Assembly: GCA_964016885.1 (NCBI GenBank)
Contig: CAXHJY010000096.1
Location: forward strand, 2,854,892 to 2,918,891
Source of the DNA: Eledone cirrhosa
Lineage: Eukaryota
Length of the DNA: 64,000 bases
Reading direction: 5' to 3'
Of the stretch, positions 39,891-53,200 are shown piece after piece. Made by a program: the position numbers and the translations under genes. How positions within the stretch are numbered: the first letter of the stretch is position 1; the number at the start of each line of letters is the position of its first letter. The notes under the pieces are model-generated. The model had not been told where the DNA came from. It was given only the letters and a program-made list of their open reading frames with translations, and did not search any database.

Positions 39891-42800
39891 AAAAAAATCA
39901 GGGGGAGATAATTTGTAAAAAAAATCAGGGGGAGATAATTTGTAAAAAAAAATCAGGGGGAGATAATTTGTAAAAAAAATCAAGGGGAGATAATTTCCAG
40001 CCGTCCAAGGGGAGATAATTTTCAGCCGTCCAAGGAGAGGTAATTTCTAACCGTCCGAGGAGAGATAATTTCCAGCCGTCCAAGGGGAGATAATTTCCAG
40101 CCGTCCAAGGGGAGATAATTTCCAGCCGTCCAAGGAGACATATTTTCCAGCCGTCCAAGGAGAGGTAATTTCTAGCCGTCCAAGGGGAGATAAATTCCAG
40201 CCTCCAAGGGGAGATAATTTCCAGCCAGCCAAGGGGAGATAATTTGTAAAAAAATCAGGGGGAGATAATTTGCAAAAAAAATCAGGGGGAGATAATTTGT
40301 AAAAAAAATCAGGGGGAGATAATTTGTAAAAAATAATCAGGGGGAGATAATTTCCAGCCGTCCAAGGGAAGATAATTTCCAGCCCTCCAAGGGGCTATAA
40401 TTTCCAGTGTCCAAGGGGAGATAATTTCCAGCCAGCGAAGGGGAGATAATTTTTTTTAAAAAATCATTGGGAGATTTGTAAAAAAAATCAGGGGGAGATA
40501 ATTTGTAAAAAAAATCAAGGGGAGATAATTTCCAGCCGTCCAAGGGGAGGTAATATCTAGCCGTCCAAGGGTAGATAATTTCCAGCCGTCCAACGGGAGA
40601 TAATTTCCAGCCGTCCAAGGGTAGATAATATCCAGCCGCCCAAGGACATATTTTCCAGCCGTCCAAGGAGAGGTAATTTCTAGCCGTCCAAGGGGAGATA
40701 ATTTCCAGCCGTCCAAGGGGAGATAATTTCCAGCCGTCCAAGGGGAGATAATTTCCAGCCGTCCAAGGAGACATATTTTCCAGCCGTCCAAGGCGAGGTA
40801 ATTTCTAGCCGTCCAAGGGGAGATTAATTCCAGCCTCCAAGGGAAGATAATTTCCAGCCGTCCAAGGGGAGGTAATATCTAGCCGTCCAAGGGTAGATAA
40901 TTTCCAGCCGTCCAACGGGAGATAATTTCCAGCCGTCCAAGGGTAGATAATATCCAGCCGCCCAAGGACATATTTTCCAGCCGTCCAAGGAGAGGTAATT
41001 TCTAGCCGTCCAAGGGGAGATAATTTCCAGCCGTCCAAGGGTAGATAATATCCAGCCGTCCAAGGACATATTTTCCAGCCGTCCAAGGAGAGGTAATTTC
41101 TAGCCGTCCAAGGGGAGATAAATTCCAGCCTCCAAGGGGAGATAATTTCCAGCCAGCCAAGGGGAGATAATTTGTAAAAAAATCAGGGGGAGATAATTTG
41201 TAAAAAAAATCAGGGGGAGATAATTTGTAAAAAAAATCAGGGGGAGATAATTTGTAAAAAAAAATCAGGGTGAGATAATTTGCAAAAAAAATCAGGGGGA
41301 GATAATTTGTAAAAAAAAATCAGGGGTAGATAATTTGTAAAAAAAAATCAGGGGGAGATAATTTGTAAAAAAAAATCAGGGGGAGATAATTTGTAAAAAA
41401 AATCAAGGGGAGATAATTTCCAGCCGTCCAAGGAGAGATAATTTAAAAAAAAATCAGGCGGAGATAATTTGTAAAAAAAAATCAGGGGGAGATAATTTGT
41501 AAAAAAAATCAGGGGGAGATAATTTGTAAAAAAAAATCAGGGGTAGATAATTTGTAAAAAAAAATCAGGGGGAGATAATTTGTAAAAAAAAATCAGGAGG
41601 AGATAATTTGTAAAAAAAATCAAGGGGAGATAATTTCCAGCCGTCCAAGGAGAGATAATTTAAAAAAAAATCAGGCGGAGATAATTTGTAAAAAAAAATC
41701 AGGGGGAGATAATTTGTAAAAAAAAATCAGGGGGAGATAATTTGTAAAAAAAATCAAGGGGAGATAATTTCCAGCCGTCCAAGGGGAGATAATTTTCAGC
41801 CGTCCAAGGGGAGATAATTTCCCGCCAGCCAAGGGAAGATAATATTCAAAAAAATCAGGCGGAGATAATTTGTAAAAAAAATCAGGGGGAGATAATTTGT
41901 AAAAAAATCAGGGGGAGATAATTTGTAAAAAAAAAAATCAGGGGGAGATAATTTGTAAAAAAAATCAGGGGGAGATAATTTGTAAAAAAAATCAGGGGTA
42001 GATAATTTGTAAAAAAAAATCAGGGGGAGATAATTTGTAAAAAAAAATCAGGGGGGGATAATTTGTAAAAAAAATGAAAGGGGAGATAATATCCAGCCGT
42101 CCAAGGGGAGATAATTTCCAGCCGTCCAAGGGGAGATAATTTCCAGCCGTCCAAGGGGAGATAATTTCCATCCTTCCAAGGGGATATAATTTCCAGCCGT
42201 CCAAGGGGAGATAATTTCCATCCTTCCAAGGGGATATAATTTCCAGCCGTCCAAGGGGAGATAATTTTCAGCCGTCCAAGGAGAGGTAATTTCTAGCCGT
42301 CCAAGGAGAGATAATTTCCAGCCGTCCAAGGGGAGATAATTTCCAGCCGTCCAAGGGGAGATAATTTCCAGCCGTCCAAGGAGACATATTTTCCAGCCGT
42401 CCAAGGAGAGGTAATTCCTAGCCGTCCAAGGGGAGATAAATTCCAGCCTCCAAGGGGAGATAATTTCCAGCCAGCCAAGGGGAGATAATTTGTAAAAAAA
42501 ATCAGGGGGAGATAATTTGTAAAAAAAATCAGGGGGAGATAATTTGTAAAAAAAAATCAGGGGTAGATAATTTGTAAAAAATAATCAGGGGGAGATAATT
42601 TGTAAAAAAAATCAAGGGGAGATAATTTCCAGCCGTCCAAGGGGAGATAATTTTCAGCCGTCCAAGGGGAGATAATTTCCCGCCAGCCAAGGGAAGATAA
42701 TATTTAAAAAAATTAGGCGGAGATAATTTGTAAAAAAAATCAGGGGGAGATAATTTGTAAAAAAATCAGGGGGAGATAATTTGTAAAAAAAATCAGGGGG

Positions 42801-43329
42801 AGATAATTTGTAAAAAAAAATCAGGGGGAGATAATTTGTAAAAAAAATCAAGGGGAGATAATTTCCAGCCGTCCAAGGGAAGATAATTTCCAGCCCTCCA
42901 AGGGGCTATAATTTCCAGCGTCCAAGGGGAGATAATTTCCAGCCAGCGAAGGGGAGATAATTTTTTTTAAAAAATCATTGGGAGATTTGTAAAAAAAATC
43001 AGGGGGAGATAATTTGTAAAAAAAATCAAGGGGAGATAATTTCCAGCCGTCCAAGGGGAGGTAATATCTAGCCGTCCAAGGGGAGATAATTTCCAGCCGT
43101 CCAAGGGGAGATAATTTCCAGCCGTCCAAGGGTAGATAATATCCAGCCGTCCAAGGACATATTTTCCAGCCGTCCAAGGAGAGGTAATTTCTAGCCGTCC
43201 AAGGGGAGATAAATTCCAGCCTCCAAGGTGAGATAATTTCCAGCCAGCCAAGGGGAGATAATTTGTAAAAAAATCAGCGGGAGATAATTTGTAAAAAAAA
43301 TCAGGGGGAGATAATTTGTAAAAAAAAAT

Positions 43330-46300
43330 CAGGGGGAGATAATCTGTAAAAAAAAATCAGGGGGAGATAATTTGTAAAAAAAAATCAGGGGGAGATAATT
43401 TGTAAAAAAATCAAGGGGAGATAATTTCCAGCCGTCCAAGGGGAGATAATTTTCAGCCGTCCAAGGGGAGATAATTTCCCGCCAGCCAAGGGAAGATAAT
43501 ATTTGAAAAAATCAGGCGGAGATAATTTGTAAAAAAAATCAGGGGGAGATAATTTGTAAAAAAATCAGGGGGAGATAATTTGTAAAAAAAAAATCAGGGG
43601 GAGATAATTTGTAAAAAGAATCAGGGGGAGATAATTTGTAAAAAAAAATCAGGGGTAGATAAATTGTAAAAAAAAATCAGGGGGAGATAATTTGTAAAAA
43701 AAATCAGGGGGAGATAATTTGTAAAAAAAATGAAAGGGGAGATAATATCCAGCCGTCCAAGGGGAGATAATTTCCAGCCGTCCAAGGGGAGATAATTTCC
43801 AGCCGTCCAAGGGGAGATAATTTCCATCCTTCCAAGGGGATATAATTTCCAGCCGTCCAAGGGGAGATAATTTCCCGCCAGCCAAGGGAAGATAATTTTA
43901 AAAAAAATCAGGCGGAGATTGTAAAAAAAATCAGGGGGGAGATAATTTGTAAAAAAATCAGGGGGAGATAATTTGTAAAAAAAAATCAGGGGGAGATAAT
44001 TTGTAAAAAATAATCAGGGGGAGATAATTTGTAAAAAAAAATCAAGGGGAGATAATTTCCAGCCGTCCAAGGGGAGATAATTTCCCGCCAGCCAAGGGAA
44101 GATAATATTTAAAAAAATTAGGCGGAGATAATTTGTAAAAAAAATCAGGGGGAGATAATTTGTAAAAAAATCAGGGGGAGATAATTTGTAAAAAAAATCA
44201 GGGGGAGATAATTTGTAAAAAAATTCATGGGGAGATAATTTGTAAAAAAAAATCAGGGGTAGATAATTTGTAAAAAAAAATCAGGGGGAGATAATTTGTA
44301 AAAAAAAATCAGGGGGAGATAATTTGTAAAAAAAATCAAGGGGAGATAATTTCCAGCCGTCCAAGGGGAGATAATTTTCAGCCGTCCAAGGAGAGGTAAT
44401 TTCTAGCCGTCCAAGGGGAGATAATTTCCAGCCGTCCAAGGGGAGGTAATTTCCAGCCGTCCAAGGGGAGATAATTTTAAAAAAAAAATCAGGCGGAGAT
44501 AATTTGTAAAAAAAATCAAGGGGAGATAATTTGCAGCCGTCCAAGGGGAGATAATTTTCAGTCGTCCAAGGAGAGGTAATTTCTAGCCGTCCAAGGGGAG
44601 ATAATTGCCAGCCGTCCAAGGGGAGATAATTTCCAGCCGTCCAAGGGGAGATAATTTTTTTTAAAAAATCAGGCGGAGATAATTTGTAAAAAAAATCAGG
44701 GGGAGATAATTTGTAAACAAAATCAGGGGGAGATAATTTGTAAAAAAAAATCAGGGGGAGATAATTTGTAAAAAAAATCATGGAGAGATAATTTCCAGCC
44801 GTCCAAGGTGAGATAATTTCCAGCCGTCCAAGGAGACATATTTTCCAGCCGTCCAAGGCGAGGTAATTTCTAGCCGTCCAAGGGGAGATAAATTCCAGCC
44901 TCCAAGGGGAGATAATTTCCAGCCAGCCAAGTGGAGATAATTTGTAAAAAAATCAGGGGGAGATAATTTGTAAAAAATATCAGGGAGATAATTTGTAAAA
45001 AAAAATCAGGGGGAGATAATTTGTAAAAAAAATCAGGGGGAGATAATTTGTAAAAAAAAATCAGGGGGAGATAATTTGTAAAAAAAATCAAGGGGAGATA
45101 ATTTCCAGCCGTCCAAGGGGAGATAATTTTCAGCCGTCCAAGGGGAGATAATTTCCCGCCAGCCAAGGGAAGATAATATTTAAAAAAATCAGGCGGAGAT
45201 AATTTGTAAAAAAAATCAGGGGGAGATAATTTGTAAAAAAATCAGGGGGAGATAATTTGTAAAAAAAAAATCAGGGGGAGATAATTTGTAAAAAAAATCA
45301 GGGGGAGATAATTTGTAAAAAAAATCAAGGGGAGATAATTTCCAGCCGTCCAAGGGGAGATAATTTTCAGCCGTCCAAGGGGAGATAATTTGTAAAAAAA
45401 ATCAAGGGGAGATAATTTCCAGCCGTCCAAGGGGAGATAATTTCCCGCCAGCCAAGGGAAGATAATATTTAAAAAAATCAGGCGGAGATAATTTGTAAAA
45501 AAAATCAGGGGAAGATAATTTGTAAAAAAATCAGGGGGAGATAATTTGTAAAAAAAAAATCAGGGGGAGATAATTTGTAAAAAAAATCAGGGGGAGATAA
45601 TTTGTAAAAAAAAATCAGGGGTAGATAAATTGTAAAAAAAAATCAGGGGGAGATAATTTGTAAAAAAAATCAGGGGGAGATAATTTGTAAAAAAAATGAA
45701 AGGGGAGATAATATCCAGCCGTCCAAGGGGAGATAATTTCCAGCCGTCCAAGGGGAGATAATTTCCAGCCGTCCAAGGGGAGATAATTTCCATCCTTCCA
45801 AGGGGATATAATTTCCAGCCGTCCAAGGGGAGATAATTTCCCGCCAGCCAAGGGAAGATAATTTTTAAAAAAATCAGGCGGAGATTGTAAAAAAAATCAG
45901 GGGGGAGATAATTTGTAAAAAAATCAGGGGGAGATAATTTGTAAAAAAAAATCAGGGGGAGATAATTTGTAAAAAATAATCAGGGGGAGATAATTTGTAA
46001 AAAAAAATCAAGGGGAGATAATTTCCAGCCGTCCAAGGGGAGATAATTTCCCGCCAGCCAAGGGAAGATAATATTTAAAAAAATTAGGCGGAGATAATTT
46101 GTAAAAAAAATCAGGGGGAGATAATTTGTAAAAAAATCAGGGGGAGATAATTTGTAAAAAAAATCAGGGGGAGATAATTTGTAAAAAAAATCATGGGGAG
46201 ATAATTTGTAAAAAAAAATCAGGGGTAGATAATTTGTAAAAAAAAATCAGGGGGAGATAATTTGTAAAAAAAAATCAGGGGGAGATAATTTGTAAAAAAA

Positions 46301-47270
46301 ATCAAGGGGAGATAATTTCCAGCCGTCCAAGGGGAGATAATTTTCAGCTGTCCAAGGAGAGGTAATTTCTAGCCGTCCAAGGGGAGATAATTTCCAGCCG
46401 TCCAAGGGGAGGTAATTTCCAGCCGTCCAAGGGGAGATAATTTTAAAAAAAAAATCAGGCGGAGATAATTTGTAAAAAAAATCAAGGGGAGATAATTTGC
46501 AGCCGTCCAAGGGGAGATAATTTTCAGTCGTCCAAGGAGAGGTAATTTCTAGCCGTCCAAGGGGAGATAATTGCCAGCCGTCCAAGGGGAGATAATTTCC
46601 AGCCGTCCAAGGGGAGATAATTTTTTTTAAAAAATCAGGCGGAGATAATTTGTAAAAAAAATCAGGGGGAGATAATTTGTAAACAAAATCAGGGGGAGAT
46701 AATTTGTAAAAAAAAATCAGGGGGAGATAATTTGTAAAAAAAATCATGGAGAGATAATTTCCAGCCGTCCAAGGTGAGATAATTTCCAGCCGTCCAAGGA
46801 GACATATTTTCCAGCCGTCCAAGGCGAGGTAATTTCTAGCCGTCCAAGGGGAGATAAATTCCAGCCTCCAAGGGGAGATAATTTCCAGCCAGCCAAGTGG
46901 AGATAATTTGTAAAAAAATCAGGGGGAGATAATTTGTAAAAAATATCAGGGAGATAATTTGTAAAAAAAAATCAGGGGGAGATAATTTGTAAAAAAAATC
47001 AGGGGGAGATAATTTGTAAAAAAAAATCAGGGGGAGATAATTTGTAAAAAAAATCAAGGGGAGATAATTTCCAGCCGTCCAAGGGGAGATAATTTTCAGC
47101 CGTCCAAGGGGAGATAATTTCCCGCCAGCCATGGGAAGATAATATTTAAAAAAATCAGGCGGAGATAATTTGTAAAAAAAATCAGGGGGAGATAATTTGT
47201 AAAAAAATCAGGGGGAGATAATTTGTAAAAAAAAAATCAGGGGGAGATAATTTGTAAAAAAAATCAGGGG
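43330..47270 (+). repeat. Tandem duplication, 1966-bp unit
   Basis: ORF twins 43621/45587, 43649/45615, 44281/46247 and 44870/46836 are all offset 1966. Confidence 0.85.
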
Positions 47271-50200
47271 GAGATAATTTGTAAAAAAAAATCAGGGGTA
47301 GATAATTTGTAAAAAAAAATCAGGGGGAGATAATTTGTAAAAAAAAATCAGGGGGAGATAATTTGTAAAAAAATGAAAGGGGAGATAATATCCAGCCGTC
47401 CAAGGGGAGATAATTTCCAGCCGTCCAAGGGGATATAATTTCCAGCCGTCCAAGGGGAGATAATTTCCATCCTTCCAAGGGGATATAATTTCCAGCCGTC
47501 CAAGGGGAGATAATTTCCCGCCAGCCAAGGGAAGATAATTTTTAAAAAAATCAGGCGGAGATTGTAAAAAAAATCAGGGGGGAGATAATTTGTAAAAAAA
47601 TCAGGAGGAGATAATTTGTAAAAAATAATCAGGGGGAGATAATTTGTAAAAAAATTCAAGGGGAGATAATTTCCAGCCGTCCAAGGGGAGATAATTTCCC
47701 GCCAGCCAAGGGAAGATAATATTTAAAAAAATTAGGCGGAGATAATTTGTAAAAAAAATCAGGGGGAGATAATTTGTAAAAAAATCAGGGGGAGATAATT
47801 TGTAAAAAAAATCAGGAGGAGATAATTTGTAAAAAAAATCATGGGGAGATAATTTGTAAAAAAAAATCAGGGGTAGATAATTTGTAAAAAAAAATCAGGG
47901 GGAGATAATTTGTAAAAAAAAATCAGGGGGAGATAATTTGTAAAAAAAATCAAGGGGAGATAATATCCAGCCGTCCAAGGAGAGATAATTTTAAAAAAAA
48001 ATGAGGCGGAGATAATTTGTAAAAAAAATCAGGGGGAGATAATTTGTAAAAAAATCAGGGGGAGATAATTTGTAAAAAAAATCAGGGGGAGATAATTTGT
48101 AAAAAAAATCATGGGGAGATAATTTGTAAAAAAAAATCAGGGGTAGATAATTTGTAAAAAAAAATCAGGGGGAGATAATTTGTAAAAAAAAATGAGGGGG
48201 AGATAATTTGTAAAAAAAATCAAGGGGAGATAATTTCCAGCCGTCCAAGGGGAGATAATTTTCAGCCGTCCAAGGAGAGGTAATTTCTAGCCGTCCAAGG
48301 GGAGATAATTTCCAGCCGTCCAAGGGGAGGTAATTTCCAGCCGTCCAAGGGGAGATAAATTAAAAAAAAAATCAGGCGGAGATAATTTGTAAAAAAAATC
48401 AAGGGGAGATAATTTGCAGCCGTCCAATGGGAGATAATTTTTAGTCGTCCAAGGAGAGGTAATTTCTAGCCGTCAAAGGGGAGATAATTTCCAGCCGTCC
48501 AAGGGGAGATAATTTCCAGCCGTCCAAGGGGAGATAATTTTTTTTTAAAAATCAGGCGGAGATAATTTGTAAAAAAAATCAGGGGGAGATAATTTGTAAA
48601 CAAAATCAGGGGGAGATAATTTGTAAAAAAAAATCAGGGGGAGATAATTTGTAAAAAAAATTAGGCGTAGATAATTTGTAAAAAAAAATCAGGGGGAGAT
48701 AATTTGTAAAAAAAAATCAGGGGGAGATAATTTGTTTAAAAAATCAAGGGGAGATAATTTGCAGCCGTCCAAGGGGAGATAATTTTCAGCCGTCCAAGGA
48801 GAGGTAATTTCTAGCCGTTCAAGGGGAGATAATTTCCAGCCGTCCAAGGGGAGATAATTTCCAGCCGTCCAAGGGGAGATAATTTTTTTTTAAAAATCAG
48901 GCGGAGATAATTTGTAAAAAAAAATCAGGGGGAGATAATTCGTAAAAAAAAATCAGGGGGAGATAATTTGTAAAAAAAAATCAGGGGGAGATAATTTGTA
49001 AAAAAAATCAAGGGGAGATAATTTCCAGCCGTCCAAGGGAAGATAATTTCCAGCCCTCCAAGGGGCTATAATTTCCAGCGTCCAAGGGGAGATAATTTCC
49101 AGCCAGCGAAGGGGAGATAATTTTTTAAAAAAAATCATTGGGAGATTTGTAAAAAAAATCAGGGGGAGATAATTTGTAAAAAAAATCAAGGGGAGATAAT
49201 TTCCAGCCGTCCAAGGGGAGGTAATATCTAGCCGTCCAAGGGTAGATAATTTCCAGCCGTCCAACGGGAGATAATTTCCAGCCGTCCAAGGGTAGATAAT
49301 ATCCAGCCGCCCAAGGACATATTTTCCAGCCGTCCAAGGAGAGGTAATTTCTAGCCGTCCAAGGGGAGATAATTTCCAGCCGTCCAAGGGTAGATAATAT
49401 CCAGCCGTCCAAGGACATATTTTCCAGCCGTCCAAGGAGAGGTAATTTCTAGCCGTCCAAGGGGAGATAAATTCCAGCCTCCAAGGGGAGATAATTTCCA
49501 GCCAGCCAAGGGGAGATAATTTGTAAAAAAATCAGGGGGAGATAATTTGTAAAAAAAATCAGGGGGAGATAATTTGTAAAAAAAAATCAGGGGGAGATAA
49601 TTTGTAAAAAAAAATCAGGGGGAGATAATTTGCAAAAAAAATCAGGGGGAGATAATTTGTAAAAAAAAATCAGGGGGAGATAATTTGTAAAAAAAATCAA
49701 GGGGAGATAATTTCCAGCCGTCCAAGGAGAGATAATTTAAAAAAAAATCAGGCGGAGATAATTTGTAAAAAAAAATCAGGGGGAGATAATTTGTAAAAAA
49801 AATCAGGGGGAGATAATTTGTAAAAAAAAATCAGGGGTAGATAATTTGTAAAAAAAAATCAGGGGGAGATAATTTGTAAAAAAAAATCAGGAGGAGATAA
49901 TTTGTAAAAAAAATCAAGGGGAGATAATTTCCAGCCGTCCAAGGAGAGATAATTTTAAAAAAAATCAGGCGGAGATAATTTGTAAAAAAAAATCAGGGGG
50001 AGATAATTTGTAAAAAAAAATCAGGGGGAGATAATTTGTAAAAAAAATCAAGGGGAGATAATTTCCAGCCGTCCAAGGGGAGATAATTTTCAGCCGTCCA
50101 AGGGGAGATAATTTCCAGCCAGCGAAGGGGAGATAATTTTTTTTAAAAAATCATTGGGAGATTTGTAAAAAAAATCAGGGGGAGATAATTTGTAAAAAAA

Positions 50201-53200
50201 ATCAAGGGGAGATAATTTCCAGCCGTCCAAGGGGAGGTAATATCTAGCCGTCCAAGGGGAGATAATTTCCAGCCGTCCAAGGGGAGATAATTTCCAGCCG
50301 TCCCAGGGTAGATAATATCCAGCCGCCCAAGGACATATTTTCCAGCCGTCCAAGGAGAGGTAATTTCTAGCCGTCCAAGGGGAGATAAATTCCAGCCTCC
50401 AAGGGGAGATAATTTCCAGCCAGCCAAGGGGAGATAATTTGTAAAAAAATCAGGGGGAGATAATTTGTAAAAAAAATCAGGGGGAGATAATTTGTAAAAA
50501 AAAATCAGGGGGAGATAATTTGTAAAAAAAAATCAGGGGGAGATAATTTGCAAAAAAAATCAGGGGGAGATAATTTGTAAAAAAAAATCAGGGGTAGATA
50601 ATTTGTAAAAAAAAATCAGGGGGAGATAATTTGTAAAAAAAAATCAGGGGGAGATAATTTGTAAAAAAAATCAAGGGGAGATAATTTCCAGCCGTCCAAG
50701 GAGAGATAATTTTAAAAAAAATCAGGCGGAGATAATTTGTAAAAAAAAATCAGGGGGAGATAATTTGTAAAAAAAATCAGGGGGAGATAATTTGTAAAAA
50801 AAAATCAGGGGTAGATAATTTGTAAAAAAAAATCAGGGGGAGATAATTTGTAAAAAAAAATCAGGGGGAGATAATTTGTAAAAAAAATCAAGGGGAGATA
50901 ATTTCCAGCCGTCCAAGGAGAGATAATTTTAAAAAAAATCAGGCGGAGATAATTTGTAAAAAAAAATTAGGGGGAGATAATTTGTAAAAAAAAATCAGGG
51001 GGAGATAATTTGTAAAAAAAATCAAGGGGAGATAATTTCCAGCCGTCCAAGGGGAGATAATTTTCAGCCGTCCAAGGGGAGATAATTTCCCGCCAGCCAA
51101 GGGAAGATAATATTCAAAAAAATCAGGCGGAGATAATTTGTAAAAAAAATCAGGGGGAGATAATTTGTAAAAAAATCAGGGGGAGATAATTTGTAAAAAA
51201 AAAAATCAGGGGGAGATAATTTGTAAAAAAAATCAGGGGGAGATAATTTGTAAAAAAAAATCAGGGGTAGATAATTTGTAAAAAAAAATCAGGGGGAGAT
51301 AATTTGTAAAAAAAAATCAGGGGGAGATAATTTGTAAAAAAAATGAAAGGGGAGATAATATCCAGCCGTCCAAGGGCTGATAATTTCCAGCCGTCCAAGG
51401 GGAGATAATTTCCAGCCCTCCAAGGGGAGATAATTTCCATCCTTCCAAGGGGATATAATTTCCAGCCGTCCAAGGGGAGATAATTTCCATCCTTCCAAGG
51501 GGATATAATTTCCAGCCGTCCAAGGGGAGATAATTTTCAGCCGTCCAAGGAGAGGTAATTTCTAGCCGTCCAAGGAGAGATAATTTCCAGCCGTCCAAGG
51601 GGAGATAATTTCCAGCCGTCCAAGGGGAGATAATTTCCAGCCGTCCAAGGAGACATATTTTCCAGCCGTCCAAGGAGAGGTAATTCCTAGCCGTCCAAGG
51701 GGAGATAAATTCCAGCCTCCAAGGGGAGATAATTTCCAGCCAGCCAAGGGGAGATAATTTGTAAAAAAAATCAGGGGGAGATAATTTGTAAAAAAAATCA
51801 GGGGGAGATAATTTGTAAAAAAAAATCAGGGGGAGATAATTTGTAAAAAATAATCAGGGGGAGATAATTTGTAAAAAAAATCAAGGGGAGATAATTTCCA
51901 GCCGTCCAAGGGGAGATAATTTTCAGCCGTCCAAGGGGAGATAATTTCCCGCCAGCCAAGGGAAGATAATATTTAAAAAAATCAGGCGGAGATAATTTGT
52001 AAAAAAAATCAGGGGGAGATAATTTGTAAAAAAATCAGGGGGAGATAATTTGTAAAAAAAATCAGGGGGAGATAATTTGTAAAAAAAATCAGGGGGAGAT
52101 AATTTGTAAAAAAAAATCAGGGGGAGATAATTTGTAAAAAAAATCAAGGGGAGATAATTTCCAGCCGTCCAAGGGAAGATAATTTCCAGCCCTCCAAGGG
52201 GCTATAATTTCCAGCGTCCAAGGGGAGATAATTTCCAGCCAGCGAAGGGGAGATAATTTTTTTTAAAAAATCATTGGGAGATTTGTAAAAAAAATCAGGG
52301 GGAGATAATTTGTAAAAAAAATCAAGGGGAGATAATTTCCAGCCGTCCAAGGGGAGGTAATATCTAGCCGTCCAAGGGGAGATAATTTCCAGCCGTCCAA
52401 GGGGAGATAATTTCCAGCCGTCCAAGGGTAGATAATATCCAGCCGTCCAAGGACATATTTTCCAGCCGTCCAAGGAGAGGTAATTTCTAGCCGTCCAAGG
52501 GGAGATAAATTCCAGCCTCCAAGGTGAGATAATTTCCAGCCAGCCAAGGGGAGATAATTTGTAAAAAAATCAGGGGGAGATAATTTGTAAAAAAAATCAG
52601 GGGGAGATAATTTGTAAAAAAAAATCAGGGGGAGATAATTTGTAAAAAAAAATCAGGGGGAGATAATTTGTAAAAAAAAATCAGGGTGAGATAATTTGCA
52701 AAAAAAATCAGGGGGAGATAATTTGTAAAAAAAAATCAGGGGTAGATAATTTGTAAAAAAAAATCAGGGGGAGATAATTTGTAAAAAAAAATCAGGGGGA
52801 GATAATTTGTAAAAAAAATCAAGGGGAGATAATTTCCAGCCGTCCAAGGAGAGATAATTTAAAAAAAAATCAGGCGGAGATAATTTGTAAAAAAAAATCA
52901 GGGGGAGATAATTTGTAAAAAAAATCAGGGGGAGATAATTTGTAAAAAAAAATCAGGGGTAGATAATTTGTAAAAAAAAATCAGGGGGAGATAATTTGTA
53001 AAAAAAAATCAGGAGGAGATAATTTGTAAAAAAAATCAAGGGGAGATAATTTCCAGCCGTCCAAGGAGAGATAATTTAAAAAAAAATCAGGCGGAGATAA
53101 TTTGTAAAAAAAAATCAGGGGGAGATAATTTGTAAAAAAAAATCAGGGGGAGATAATTTGTAAAAAAAATCAAGGGGAGATAATTTCCAGCCGTCCAAGG

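Noticed and set aside
12762-40232. Exactly 27,000-bp offset between ORF twins (12762/39762, 12925/39925, 13047/40047), suggesting an artificial construct
   Set aside because: The copies differ by SNPs and neighbouring offsets differ (12512/39487 = 26975). It is a numerical coincidence among many paralogous offsets.
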